Program-made: the position numbers and the translations under genes | Notes under the pieces: generated by a model | Told to the model about the DNA's origin: nothing | Seen by the model: the letters and a program-made list of their open reading frames with translations, nothing else | Database searches by the model: none | From: Planctomycetota bacterium | Lineage (GTDB): Bacteria; Planctomycetota; Phycisphaerae; UBA1845; CAIVHJ01 | Reading direction: 5' to 3' | NCBI GenBank assembly: GCA_022573485.1 | Contig: JACZTW010000001.1 | Location: 1-41,252, forward strand | DNA: 41,252 bases | In this document: positions 30,928-40,112 of the stretch, one piece after another | How the letters are laid out: every line of letters begins with the position of its first letter | Position numbering within the stretch: the stretch's first letter is position 1

Positions 30928-31971
30928 ATGGGCCAACTGTCAGGAAGACGCATTTGCCTTATCGGCGGAGCCGGATTCGTAGGGCATCATCTCGCGCTGC
31001 GATTGAGGCAGCTTGAGGCCGAGGTCATCGTTTTGGACAGTCTGGGTGTCAACAACTACCACAGCCTGTCGGCCAGTACAGAATCCAATCCGAACGCCGT
31101 TCTGTATTTGAAGATCATCGCGGAGCGGCTGGAGTTGCTGAGAGAATTCGGCATTCCGCTGATCGAAGCGGACGCCCGCGACTACGACTTACTCTGTCGG
31201 CATCTGGCTGACGTAGACGCTGACGCGGTTGTTCATCTGGCTGCCGTCTCGCACGCAGGGCGGTCGAACAAGGATCCGTACTCGACATTCGACCACAGCC
31301 TGCGGACGCTGGAGAACGCGCTGGACAACGCGCGGTCGACCAAGCTGCGCATCCGCCACTTCATCTATCTTTCATCCAGCATGGTCTACGGCCACTTCAA
31401 CGGTCAAACGGTGACCGAAGAGACGCCCTGCGAACCGTTGGGCATCTACGGCGCGCTGAAGTTCGCCGGCGAGAAGCTGGTGATCGCGTACAACCAAGTG
31501 TTCGGCATGAACTACACGATCATTCGTCCGTCCGCGCTGTACGGCGAACGGTGCGTCAGCCGTCGCGTCGGTCAGGTCTTCATCGAGAACGCACTCCGCG
31601 GCGACAGCATCCGGGTCAAAGGAGACGGATCGGACCGCTTGGACTTCACTTATATTGGTGATCTGGTGGAGGGCATCGTCGCTGCACTCACCGATGAGAA
31701 CGCGTACAACCAGATTTTCAATATGACCTTTGGCTGCGGCCGGTCCATTGGTGAACTCGTCGGCTTGCTCCAGGCTCATTTCGGCGACTTGACCGTGCGG
31801 TATGAGCCCAAGGACGATTTGACTCCCGACCGGGGTACGTTGAGTATCGAGAAGGCCCGGCGCTTGATCGGCTACGAGCCGCAGTATGATCTGGAACGAG
31901 GATTTCGGCGGTATTTCGACTGGTACGAGCAGTTCGTGGGTGTCCGCACTAGCCTGGAGGTGTCCGCGTGA
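30928..31971 (+). CDS. NAD-dependent sugar-nucleotide epimerase/dehydratase (extended SDR)
   Basis: ICLIGGAGFVGHHLALRL is the GxxGxxG motif. The catalytic YGALK is a YxxxK motif. Confidence 0.85.
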   Translation: MGQLSGRRICLIGGAGFVGHHLALRLRQLEAEVIVLDSLGVNNYHSLSASTESNPNAVLYLKIIAERLELLREFGIPLIEADARDYDLLCRHLADVDADAVVHLAAVSHAGRSNKDPYSTFDHSLRTLENALDNARSTKLRIRHFIYLSSSMVYGHFNGQTVTEETPCEPLGIYGALKFAGEKLVIAYNQVFGMNYTIIRPSALYGERCVSRRVGQVFIENALRGDSIRVKGDGSDRLDFTYIGDLVEGIVAALTDENAYNQIFNMTFGCGRSIGELVGLLQAHFGDLTVRYEPKDDLTPDRGTLSIEKARRLIGYEPQYDLERGFRRYFDWYEQFVGVRTSLEVSA

Positions 31972-32699
31972 GTGAGCAAGCTGCCTCGTATCAGGCGATG
32001 CCATCGCTCAGCCCGTATGTGGGTACGGATCGCTACGACCATCCGAAAGAGGATCACAAATTCATCGCCGAACAATTGCGCCGCTTCGTGGACGTAGATC
32101 GGCCCATGCGGGTTGGCGATCTCGGCTGTGGCAACGGTGAGTTGATCTACTTTCTGAAATCGCAGTTCCCGCACTGGGAGTACTCCGGTTTCGATTACAC
32201 CGAATCGTTTATCGACGCCGCGCTCAGTTTCGAAGGGCTCGCGGGTGTGCGATTCAGAGTTCAGGACTTGTTGGACATTGCAGAGACATTTGAAGGCGTA
32301 CTGTGTACAGGCGTGGCGAACATCTTTCCGGATGTCGGCGAGTTGTTGGACAAGCTGTTGTCCGTCTGCGAGAGTGGCGGTTGGGTGCTTATCGACGGGC
32401 TGTTCAATCGACACCCTGTGGATGTGCGAGTAACCTTCCGTGACAACTCCTTTCCGGAGTCGCAGGGCCTGTGGCGTACTGCGTTCAATCAGCATTCTCG
32501 CGAGTCGATCACTACGATGCTTCGGGGACGTGTGCGGTCTTTTGAATTTGTGGACATGATCATGGACAAGGATTTGCCGTTTGACCCAGCCAAGCCGGCC
32601 GTGAACAGCTTCACGTTTCGCGCGGCGGACGGCCACAACGTACTCACCAACGGCCTGAATCTGATTGTCAATCGCACGCTTCTTGCGATCGAGAAGTAA
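31968..32699 (+). CDS. Class I SAM-dependent methyltransferase
   Basis: Motif I is VGDLGCGNGELIYFL. Its GTG start overlaps the SDR stop (GTGA). Confidence 0.75.
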   Translation: MSEQAASYQAMPSLSPYVGTDRYDHPKEDHKFIAEQLRRFVDVDRPMRVGDLGCGNGELIYFLKSQFPHWEYSGFDYTESFIDAALSFEGLAGVRFRVQDLLDIAETFEGVLCTGVANIFPDVGELLDKLLSVCESGGWVLIDGLFNRHPVDVRVTFRDNSFPESQGLWRTAFNQHSRESITTMLRGRVRSFEFVDMIMDKDLPFDPAKPAVNSFTFRAADGHNVLTNGLNLIVNRTLLAIEK

Positions 32700-32861
32700 C
32701 GCGCGTGAGAATTTTTCTTGCATAACGGGAGCCGAGGCGTTTCCTGTTTGCGGGCGCTGTGTGAGCGCGGCTGCGCTGGCCGAAGTTGGATTTACGCACA
32801 GCCCTGCCGGTGTGTTCATGAAAATGGTGCCTCGGCGAGCGAATGGAGTGCAACGGCCGCA

Positions 32862-33602
32862 ATGTCCGAGTTCCTCAAAACCGATGTATGGCTCTCTAAG
32901 ATCCTGGAACGGGACGTTTACAAGTTGATCGTTGATGAATCCTCCATTGATGGTGATCGATTCGTCGAGTGCGAAGGGTTTGCCGCCCTGAAATCGGCCC
33001 GCGCGTTTGCTTATGCCAAAACCGCCGTCGATTTTATGTCAGGAATTCGGAGCCTGACTCGGATGGGTTTCACGCTGGTTGATACGAATGTGCTCTTCAG
33101 CAAGCCGATTGGGCAACCTGATTGCGCGCCCGGCAAGTATGAGATCCAACCGGCCATTGCGGCGCATGAAGACCAAGTGGCCGCTGTTGCCTTCAGCAGC
33201 TTCGAGTTTTCGAGGTTCCACCTTGATCCGTTGATCCCGAATGAGCTTGCCAATCGCGTCAAGGCCGAGTGGACACGCTCCTACTTTCGCGGGCAGCGTG
33301 GAGATCAAATGACGGTCGCGACTCTGGACGGCGTGGTGGCGGGCTTTGTTATGCTGATCGACTGTGACGACGGCACGCGGACCATTGATTTGATCGCCGT
33401 CGATCGGCGACACCGGGGCCGAGGCGTTGCCAGGGGAATGATCTCTCACGTGGAGGCGCATTCTGAAGGCTTCACGCGCATCCGCGTCGGTACGCAACTG
33501 GCCAACATCCCGTCCATCCGGCTGTATGCGCGGTTAGGGTTCGTTATGGATGAGGCACACTACGTGTTTCACCATCATCAGGCGGAAGGTTGCCGGCCAT
33601 GA
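32862..33602 (+). CDS. GNAT-family N-acetyltransferase (WecD/PseH-like aminosugar acetyltransferase)
   Basis: The acetyl-CoA binding motif is ...IAVDRRHRGRGVARGMI... The N-terminal domain resembles WecD-type proteins. The start is trimmed to the Met at 32862. Confidence 0.7.
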   Translation: MSEFLKTDVWLSKILERDVYKLIVDESSIDGDRFVECEGFAALKSARAFAYAKTAVDFMSGIRSLTRMGFTLVDTNVLFSKPIGQPDCAPGKYEIQPAIAAHEDQVAAVAFSSFEFSRFHLDPLIPNELANRVKAEWTRSYFRGQRGDQMTVATLDGVVAGFVMLIDCDDGTRTIDLIAVDRRHRGRGVARGMISHVEAHSEGFTRIRVGTQLANIPSIRLYARLGFVMDEAHYVFHHHQAEGCRP

Positions 33603-34612
33603 GAATCGCCGACGCTGATTTGAGTGAGCGTGTTCTGATCGTCGCGGAGATCGGCAACAATCACGAGGGCAATTATGCCTTGGCCGAGGAGATGATTGGC
33701 CGGGCTGCCGAAGCTGGCGTCGATGCTGTGAAGTTCCAGACATTCCGAACCGAACACTACGTCAGCCGACGTGACGACGCGCGTTTCGAGCGTCTCAAGT
33801 CGTTCGAGCTGACCCACAGCGAATTCACCAAGCTCGCGGTTGTTGCCCGGCAGGAAGGAGTGATCTTCCTGTCGACGCCGTTCGATCTGGAGAGTGTGCG
33901 GTTTCTCGATGGGCTGGTGCCGGCGTTCAAGATTGCGTCGGGCGACAATACGTTTTATCCATTGCTCGACGCAGTGGCGCGGACGGGCAAGCCGATCATG
34001 CTTTCGACGGGACTGGCCGATACGACCCAAATCAGGCAGGCGAAGGCCGTCATCGAGACCGCCTGGGCTGAGAAGGGCGTCGATCCTGGCCTGGCATTGT
34101 TGCACTGTGTCAGCAGTTATCCCGTGCCGCCGGCGCAGGCCAACCTGGCGTCGATCGGGCAACTTCGTGCGGAGTTCGATTGCACCATCGGGTATTCGGA
34201 TCACACGCTGGGGATTGAGGCCTGCCGCGTCGCCGCGTCGCTGGGGGCCCGGATCATCGAGAAACATTTCACGCTCGACAAAAACCACTCCCAATTCCGC
34301 GACCACCAATTGTCGGCGGACCCCGGAGAGATGGCCGACGTTGTGCAGGCGGTACGCCAGACTGAAACACTGCTCGGATCGGGCGAAAAGTGCCCCCAGG
34401 AGTGCGAGCACTCAGCGGAGCGCACCATGCGGCGGTCGATCGCGGCTGCGCGTGATTTGGCCTGCGGGGCCATCATCACTTGGGAGGACATCACCTGGGT
34501 GCGGCCCGGCGGGGGGCTGCCGCCGGGGAAAGAGCATGTGATATTGGGTAGGAAATTGGCAAAGCCGGTGCGCGGGGGTGATCGCATCACGCTCGAATCA
34601 GTGCAGGAATGA
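33599..34612 (+). CDS. Nonulosonic acid synthase (NeuB / PseI / LegI family) with a C-terminal SAF domain
   Basis: ...VLIVAEIGNNHEGNYALAEEMIGRAAEAGVDAVKFQTF... and ...IGYSDHTLG... are the NeuB-family signature. Its ATG overlaps the GNAT stop (ATGA). Confidence 0.88.
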   Translation: MRIADADLSERVLIVAEIGNNHEGNYALAEEMIGRAAEAGVDAVKFQTFRTEHYVSRRDDARFERLKSFELTHSEFTKLAVVARQEGVIFLSTPFDLESVRFLDGLVPAFKIASGDNTFYPLLDAVARTGKPIMLSTGLADTTQIRQAKAVIETAWAEKGVDPGLALLHCVSSYPVPPAQANLASIGQLRAEFDCTIGYSDHTLGIEACRVAASLGARIIEKHFTLDKNHSQFRDHQLSADPGEMADVVQAVRQTETLLGSGEKCPQECEHSAERTMRRSIAAARDLACGAIITWEDITWVRPGGGLPPGKEHVILGRKLAKPVRGGDRITLESVQE

Positions 34613-34621
34613 GCGCGTCGT

Positions 34622-35332
34622 ATGAGGCTGGTGATTCTGACGACGGAGACATTGCACCACTGCTACTTCGTTCGCGAGGTGACGGCGTCGAATCCGGTCG
34701 ATCTTGTCGTCATCGAGCGCGATCACCCGATCGCGCCGTTTGATACGCACCACGCCTTCGAGGATCAGCGTGACGCTTACGAACGGGCGACCTGGTTCGG
34801 CGACGGTCGTGCGTCAATCGAGGAGTTCGCCGAGACGCTGGAAGTCAAATCCGCCAACGATCCCGATGCCATCGATCGCTTGCGGCGGATACGGCCCGAA
34901 GTCATCATCGTGTTTGGCACGGCCAAGCTATCGCGGGCGGTCATCGAGACTTGCTCAAACGGAATTGTCAACCTGCACGGCGGCGATCCAGAGCATTATC
35001 GCGGACTCGATTCGCGTCTGTGGGCGATTTATCACGGCGAGTATGAGCAGTTGATGGTCACGCTTCACCGCTTGAACGATCGTCTGGACGACGGCGAGAT
35101 CGTCGTGCAACGCCCGCTGCCGCTTCGCCGCGGTATGGGGATCCACGAACTCCGCCGCGTCAGCACTGAAGTCTGCGTGGCTGTGGTTCGCACAGCTCTG
35201 GGACAATGGGTCGGTGATGGAGGCTTCACCTCCCGTCCTCAGCGACGGCCGGGCCGGTATTATTCGTTCATGCCGGCAGTGCTCAAGGAATTATGCAGGA
35301 GTAAATTCGAGGCCTATACGCGAGAACTGTGA
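34622..35332 (+). CDS. Formyltransferase-like protein (Fmt/PurN N-terminal domain fold)
   Basis: ...IIVFGTAKLSRAVIETCSNGIVNLHGGDPEHYRGLD... resembles the formyltransferase catalytic loop (N.H.s.LP.yRG). Confidence 0.6.
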   Translation: MRLVILTTETLHHCYFVREVTASNPVDLVVIERDHPIAPFDTHHAFEDQRDAYERATWFGDGRASIEEFAETLEVKSANDPDAIDRLRRIRPEVIIVFGTAKLSRAVIETCSNGIVNLHGGDPEHYRGLDSRLWAIYHGEYEQLMVTLHRLNDRLDDGEIVVQRPLPLRRGMGIHELRRVSTEVCVAVVRTALGQWVGDGGFTSRPQRRPGRYYSFMPAVLKELCRSKFEAYTREL

Positions 35333-36238
35333 ATGGAAGGTGTGGATCGACTCACAACCGACGGATTGGCCATCTTCTTGTTCCACGGCGTGGTTCGGCA
35401 GTCCCGCTATGCAGTGCGCAACTATACCGGCAAGCACATGGAGCGCGATCGATTCTATCGGATCGTCGAGGGGCTCAAGCACGCGGGCAGCGCGCTCTCG
35501 ATGGATGAGGTGGTCGATCATTGCCAGTCCGGCAGGCGGTTCCCGCCGCGTGCATTCGTGGTGACGTTCGACGACGGCTTCGAGAACAACTTCTCGATCG
35601 CGGCCCCGATTCTCAAGGAGTTCTCAGTGCCGGCGACGTTTTACATCACCACTGGTTTCGTCGAGCACAATGCCATGTCCTGGATCGACCGTATCGAGCA
35701 CTGCCTGGAAGAAGTCTCGTCCGGCGTGTTGCAGTTTGGGTGGGATGAGCGGACGCACTCATTTGCAACGGTTGAAGATAAGATCGGCGTGCTCAAGCTC
35801 ATCCGCGATCGAGTGAAGACCGATCCGAAGATCGATTCTGATGAGGTAGTTGAAATGGTATGCGCGCAGTGCGGCGTGGCAGAGGTTTGCCACAGCGCGG
35901 AGCCGATCGATCAAAAAATGAGCTGGGAGCAAGTGGCCCGGTTGGGCGATGACGAACTTTTTACGATCGGCGGGCATTCGCACGGGCACAAGATACTGTC
36001 GTTTCTGTCCGCCGAGGAACTCGAAGCCGAGATTGCGACGAGCATCGACTTGATCCAAGAGAAAATTGGCCTGCGCGTGCGGCATTATTCCTATCCGGAA
36101 GGATTGGAGCACTGTTATTCGAATGAAGTGATCGAAGTGCTGCGCGGCCAGGGCGTCGTCTGTTGCCCGACGGCGGTGGACGGCATCAACGACCCGCAGA
36201 CAGACTTGTTTCGCCTGCGGCGGATCATGATCACGTAG
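35333..36238 (+). CDS. Polysaccharide deacetylase (NodB/CE4 family)
   Basis: ...FVVTFDDGFENNFSIAAPILKEFSVPATFYITTG... plus a downstream His motif (GGHSHGH). It starts directly after the previous stop codon. Confidence 0.85.
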   Translation: MEGVDRLTTDGLAIFLFHGVVRQSRYAVRNYTGKHMERDRFYRIVEGLKHAGSALSMDEVVDHCQSGRRFPPRAFVVTFDDGFENNFSIAAPILKEFSVPATFYITTGFVEHNAMSWIDRIEHCLEEVSSGVLQFGWDERTHSFATVEDKIGVLKLIRDRVKTDPKIDSDEVVEMVCAQCGVAEVCHSAEPIDQKMSWEQVARLGDDELFTIGGHSHGHKILSFLSAEELEAEIATSIDLIQEKIGLRVRHYSYPEGLEHCYSNEVIEVLRGQGVVCCPTAVDGINDPQTDLFRLRRIMIT

Positions 36239-36256
36239 CGAGGACGGAACCGATCG

Positions 36257-38134
36257 ATGTGCGGAATCGCCGGACATATTGGAACGCGGGCGATCGACGA
36301 GGAGCGGGTCTCGTCTGCGCTGGGGTTGATGAAGAACCGTGGGCCGGATCATCAGGACAGTGTGGCATTCCGGCATGGCGAACTGCACGTCTCGCTGCTG
36401 CACTCGCGCTTGAGCATCATCGATCTGGAGCCGCGATCCAATCAGCCGTTCACGATCGGCGATTGCACGCTGGTCTTCAACGGTGAGATTTACAATTACA
36501 TTGAGTTGCGGCAGCGTTTGCGGGCACGCGGTGTGACGTTCCGGACGGAGTCGGATACGGAGGTGCTGCTGCAATCCTATTTGACCTTCGGCGCGGATTG
36601 CGTGAATGACTTCGAGGGCATGTGGGCCTTCGCGATTTATGATCGGCGGAGCGGCGTGTTGCTGCTGTCGCGGGATCGCTTTGCCGAGAAGCCGCTGTAC
36701 TACGCGCAGACGGGTCGTGGTGTGTTCTTCGGATCGGAAGTCAAGTTCATCCGCGCCCTGATGGGCCGGCGACCGCCGCTGAATCTGCGGCATCTCTCGC
36801 GGTATCTCGTGAACGGATACAAGTCTCTGTACAAGACGTCGGATACATTCTTCGAGGGCGTGTGCGAAGTGCCGTACGCGACCGCGCTGAGCATCGGCGC
36901 GGACCTTGAGCCGCATCAACGCCGCTACTGGAATCCGACCCATCAGCCGGTGGCCATGACGTTGGACGAGGCGGTTGAGGGTTTTCGTGAGCGCCTGTAC
37001 GACAGCGTGCGGCTGCGCCTGCGCGCCGATGTGCCCATGGCGTTTTGCTTGAGCGGCGGGGTCGATTCCGGCGCTCTGGCATCCATAGCTGCCAAGGAAT
37101 TCAACCACAACGTACACGCGTTCTCAATCATCGACGCCGATCCGCGATACGACGAGTCGGCCAACATTCAGGCCACCGTCAACGACCTGTCGTGTGAACA
37201 TGCGACGATCACGATTAAGCGGTCATCCTCGCTCGATGAACTGGAGCACTTGATCCGCTGCCATGACGCGCCGGTCTATACGATTTCGTACTACATCCAC
37301 GCCATGCTCTCACGAGCCATGGCGGAGCGCGGTTTCAAGGTGGCCTTTTCCGGTACGGGTGCCGACGAACTCGTCACCGGCTATTACGATCACTTCAACC
37401 TGCACTTGTACGAGCTGCGCGAGCACGCGGACCATGCTCAGTGGGTGGACGACTGGAACACGCACGTTCGCCCGCTGGTGAGGAATCCGCATCTGCGGAA
37501 TCCGTCGCTGTATATCGAGAATCCAAGCGCCCGGGCGCATGTGTTCATGCACAGTGATCGCTTCGCGGGGTTTCTGAAGCAGGAGTTCCGTGAGTCGTTT
37601 CGTGAAGAGCACTTTTGCGATTCACTGCTGCGCAACCGCATGATGAACGAGCTGTTTCACGAAGTTGTGCCCGCCATTCTGCACGAAGATGACCTCAACT
37701 CGATGCGCTATTCGATCGAGAACCGTAGTCCGTATCTGGACTCCAGGCTGTTCGAGTTCGCCTATTCGATCCCGCCTGAACACTTGATCCGCGACGGGTT
37801 TGCCAAATACGTGCTCCGCGAGGCCGTCAAAGGCACTTTGAATGAGCAGGTGCGAACGGACCGCCGTAAGGTCGGCTTCAATGCGTCGATCGGCTCGCTG
37901 TTTGATTTTCGCTCGCCGAACGTGCGCGAACGGATTCTCGAGGACGGGCCAGTCTATGAACTGTTGCATCAGTCGAAGGTGGCCTCGCTGCTCGATCAGG
38001 ACCGATGGACCAATAGTGAGAGCAAGTTTCTGTTCAACATCGTATGCGCAAGGCTGTTCCTGGACATCGAGGACGAGCAGCCGATACAGCCCACTGCGTC
38101 TATGGAGCAGTCGTTCGTCGGCACAGCCACGTGA
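36257..38134 (+). CDS. Asparagine synthase (glutamine-hydrolysing)-like amidotransferase
   Basis: MCGIAG provides the N-terminal nucleophile Cys2. The PP-loop is ...FCLSGGVDSGALA... A 625-aa length is typical of AsnB paralogues found in glycan clusters. Confidence 0.88.
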   Translation: MCGIAGHIGTRAIDEERVSSALGLMKNRGPDHQDSVAFRHGELHVSLLHSRLSIIDLEPRSNQPFTIGDCTLVFNGEIYNYIELRQRLRARGVTFRTESDTEVLLQSYLTFGADCVNDFEGMWAFAIYDRRSGVLLLSRDRFAEKPLYYAQTGRGVFFGSEVKFIRALMGRRPPLNLRHLSRYLVNGYKSLYKTSDTFFEGVCEVPYATALSIGADLEPHQRRYWNPTHQPVAMTLDEAVEGFRERLYDSVRLRLRADVPMAFCLSGGVDSGALASIAAKEFNHNVHAFSIIDADPRYDESANIQATVNDLSCEHATITIKRSSSLDELEHLIRCHDAPVYTISYYIHAMLSRAMAERGFKVAFSGTGADELVTGYYDHFNLHLYELREHADHAQWVDDWNTHVRPLVRNPHLRNPSLYIENPSARAHVFMHSDRFAGFLKQEFRESFREEHFCDSLLRNRMMNELFHEVVPAILHEDDLNSMRYSIENRSPYLDSRLFEFAYSIPPEHLIRDGFAKYVLREAVKGTLNEQVRTDRRKVGFNASIGSLFDFRSPNVRERILEDGPVYELLHQSKVASLLDQDRWTNSESKFLFNIVCARLFLDIEDEQPIQPTASMEQSFVGTAT

Positions 38135-38141
38135 AGTAGCT

Positions 38142-38741
38142 ATGTGGAACTGGATTCGCACACTGTATTGGAGGCTGAAGCTGCGGACGTGCGGCGCGCG
38201 GGTTGGCAGGAAGTTTCGCGTTCGGGGGCCGCTTGAGGTCTTGCTTCGCGACGGTGCTTCGTGGCGCAATATCACCATTGGTGACGATGTGACGCTCGGC
38301 GGCAGGACTTACATTCGCCTGCGAAAGAATGGGCGGATTGCGATCGGCAATGGAGTGAGCACTGGTTCAGAGGTGTGGTTCGTGGGCGCCAACGACGCAG
38401 AATTGGCTGTGGGCGATGCGACGACCATCGGCAGCTATTGCATTCTGAACGGCGGCCATGGGCTGCGGCTCGGGGCCCATTGTATTCTCGCGGCGTTTGC
38501 GTACTTCAACAGCTCGGATCACGCCTTCGTCCGGGGCGATTTGATTCAACGGCAGGGCTTTGTCGGCGCGCCGATCGAAGTGGGTGATGACGTGTGGATC
38601 GGCGGGCATGTGTACGTTGGCAAAGGCGTGACCATCGGGCGGGGGAGCGTGATCGGTGCGGGTGCGGTTGTGGTGCGGGACATTCCAGAGTACAAAGTGG
38701 CGGTGGGTAATCCCGCGCGAGTTGTGAAAAATCGAGAGTGA
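38142..38741 (+). CDS. Hexapeptide-repeat (left-handed beta-helix) acyl/acetyltransferase
   Basis: ...IGDDVWIGGHVYVGKGVTIGRGSVIGAGAVVVRDIPEYKVAVGNPARVV... The start is trimmed to the Met at 38142. Confidence 0.88.
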   Translation: MWNWIRTLYWRLKLRTCGARVGRKFRVRGPLEVLLRDGASWRNITIGDDVTLGGRTYIRLRKNGRIAIGNGVSTGSEVWFVGANDAELAVGDATTIGSYCILNGGHGLRLGAHCILAAFAYFNSSDHAFVRGDLIQRQGFVGAPIEVGDDVWIGGHVYVGKGVTIGRGSVIGAGAVVVRDIPEYKVAVGNPARVVKNRE

Positions 38742-38747
38742 TCCACG

Positions 38748-39887
38748 ATGAAGAAGCTGACCTACTGCACAAAATGCGTCATGCCGGACTCCAAGCCGTT
38801 TCTGACTTTCGATGCCGACGGTGTGTGTGCTGCCTGCCAGGCTCACGAGACCAAACAGGCGCACCTCAACGGCATCGACTGGACTGCGCGCCGGCGCCAG
38901 CTTGACGAGTTAGTCGAACAGGCCAAGGAAAGGAAGGCACCGTTCTACGACGTGCTCGTGCCGGTGAGCGGCGGCAAGGACAGCATCTTTCAAGTCCACA
39001 TTGCCATGAAGTATGGCCTGCGCGTTTTGGCGGTGAACGTGGACTACGGCATCAAGACCGAGATCGGCCGTCAGAATCTCGAGTTGATTCCGAAGATGGG
39101 GGCTTCGCTGATCATCATCAGGCCAGAGCAAAAGTTCCACACTCAAATGATCCGCCTCGGCTTCGAGGACTACGGCGACCCGGACCTGATGAGTCACGGG
39201 CTGCTGTTCGCCTATCCATTGTGGACGGCGGTCCAGTTTCAAGTGCCGCTGGTGTTCGAGGGCGAAAACTCGGCCTTCGAGTACGGCGGGGACGAAGCCT
39301 CACGGCGGAAATTCCACATCGATCGCGCGTGGTTCCTCAAGCATGTTATGACCAAAGGCATCACCGTCCAGGACATCTGTGCGAAGTACGATATCCCCGA
39401 GCGCGTTTTGAAGGTCTACGATTTTCCGGAAGCGGAACTCGCTGCCGCGAATATCGAAGCTGTTTTCCTGAGCAGCTTCTTTCCGTGGGATTCGGAGACG
39501 CACCTGGAGATCGCCAGGGAATACGGGTTTCAATCGCTGCGCGAGCCGCGCGAAGGCACATTCCGCGATTACGTGGGCATCGACGAGAAAATCAACCGCA
39601 TTCATCAATACATGAAGGTGCTCAAATTCGGCTACGGCAGGGCGACCGACCACGCCTGCGAAGAGATTCGCAGTGGGCGAATGACGCGCGCGGAAGCGAT
39701 CACAATCGTCCGCAGCCATGATCGCCGGGATCTTTCGGATTATTATGTGGATGATTTCGTTGATTTGCTGCGCTGTTCCAAAGAGCAGTTCTGGGCGGTG
39801 ATGGACAAGTATCGTAACGGGGAGATTTGGGGGGAAGTGGACGGGCGGTGGCAGTTGGACGATTCGGCGCTGGATGAATCGCTATGA
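38748..39887 (+). CDS. N-acetyl sugar amidotransferase (PP-loop ATPase; WbpG/WbuX/PseA-like)
   Basis: MKKLTYCTKCVMPDSKPFLTFDADGVCAACQ is an N-terminal Zn-ribbon-like motif. ...VPVSGGKDS... is the PP-loop. Confidence 0.82.
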   Translation: MKKLTYCTKCVMPDSKPFLTFDADGVCAACQAHETKQAHLNGIDWTARRRQLDELVEQAKERKAPFYDVLVPVSGGKDSIFQVHIAMKYGLRVLAVNVDYGIKTEIGRQNLELIPKMGASLIIIRPEQKFHTQMIRLGFEDYGDPDLMSHGLLFAYPLWTAVQFQVPLVFEGENSAFEYGGDEASRRKFHIDRAWFLKHVMTKGITVQDICAKYDIPERVLKVYDFPEAELAAANIEAVFLSSFFPWDSETHLEIAREYGFQSLREPREGTFRDYVGIDEKINRIHQYMKVLKFGYGRATDHACEEIRSGRMTRAEAITIVRSHDRRDLSDYYVDDFVDLLRCSKEQFWAVMDKYRNGEIWGEVDGRWQLDDSALDESL

Positions 39888-39972
39888 TGCTGAGTCTCCA
39901 GGGAGTCGGGCGGTCGGATGGAATGTTGTGTTGCTAAAACAACTCGTGGCCATACGCCGACCGTCTTCGGTA

Positions 39973-40039
39973 GGGCTGCTAAACGGCAAGCCAACGGCTG
40001 GGTCTCTCGATGTGACTTCGTCGTTTGGCAGACGTTGCG
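39973..40039 (+). repeat. Copy B (reference copy) of the ~67-nt intergenic repeat; able to form a 10-bp stem CTGCTAAACG / CGTTTGGCAG
   Basis: GGGCTGCTAAACGGCAAGCCAACGGCTGGGTCTCTCGATGTGACTTCGTCGTTTGGCAGACGTTGCG. Related copies lie at 12469-12535 (minus orientation) and 14865-14927. Confidence 0.55.
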
Positions 40040-40112
40040 CACTGCGCTTTCCATTCAGAAACCAATTGTTCGGGCGAACATTCGGTAGTGGGAGGGAAGT
40101 ACATAGAATCTC

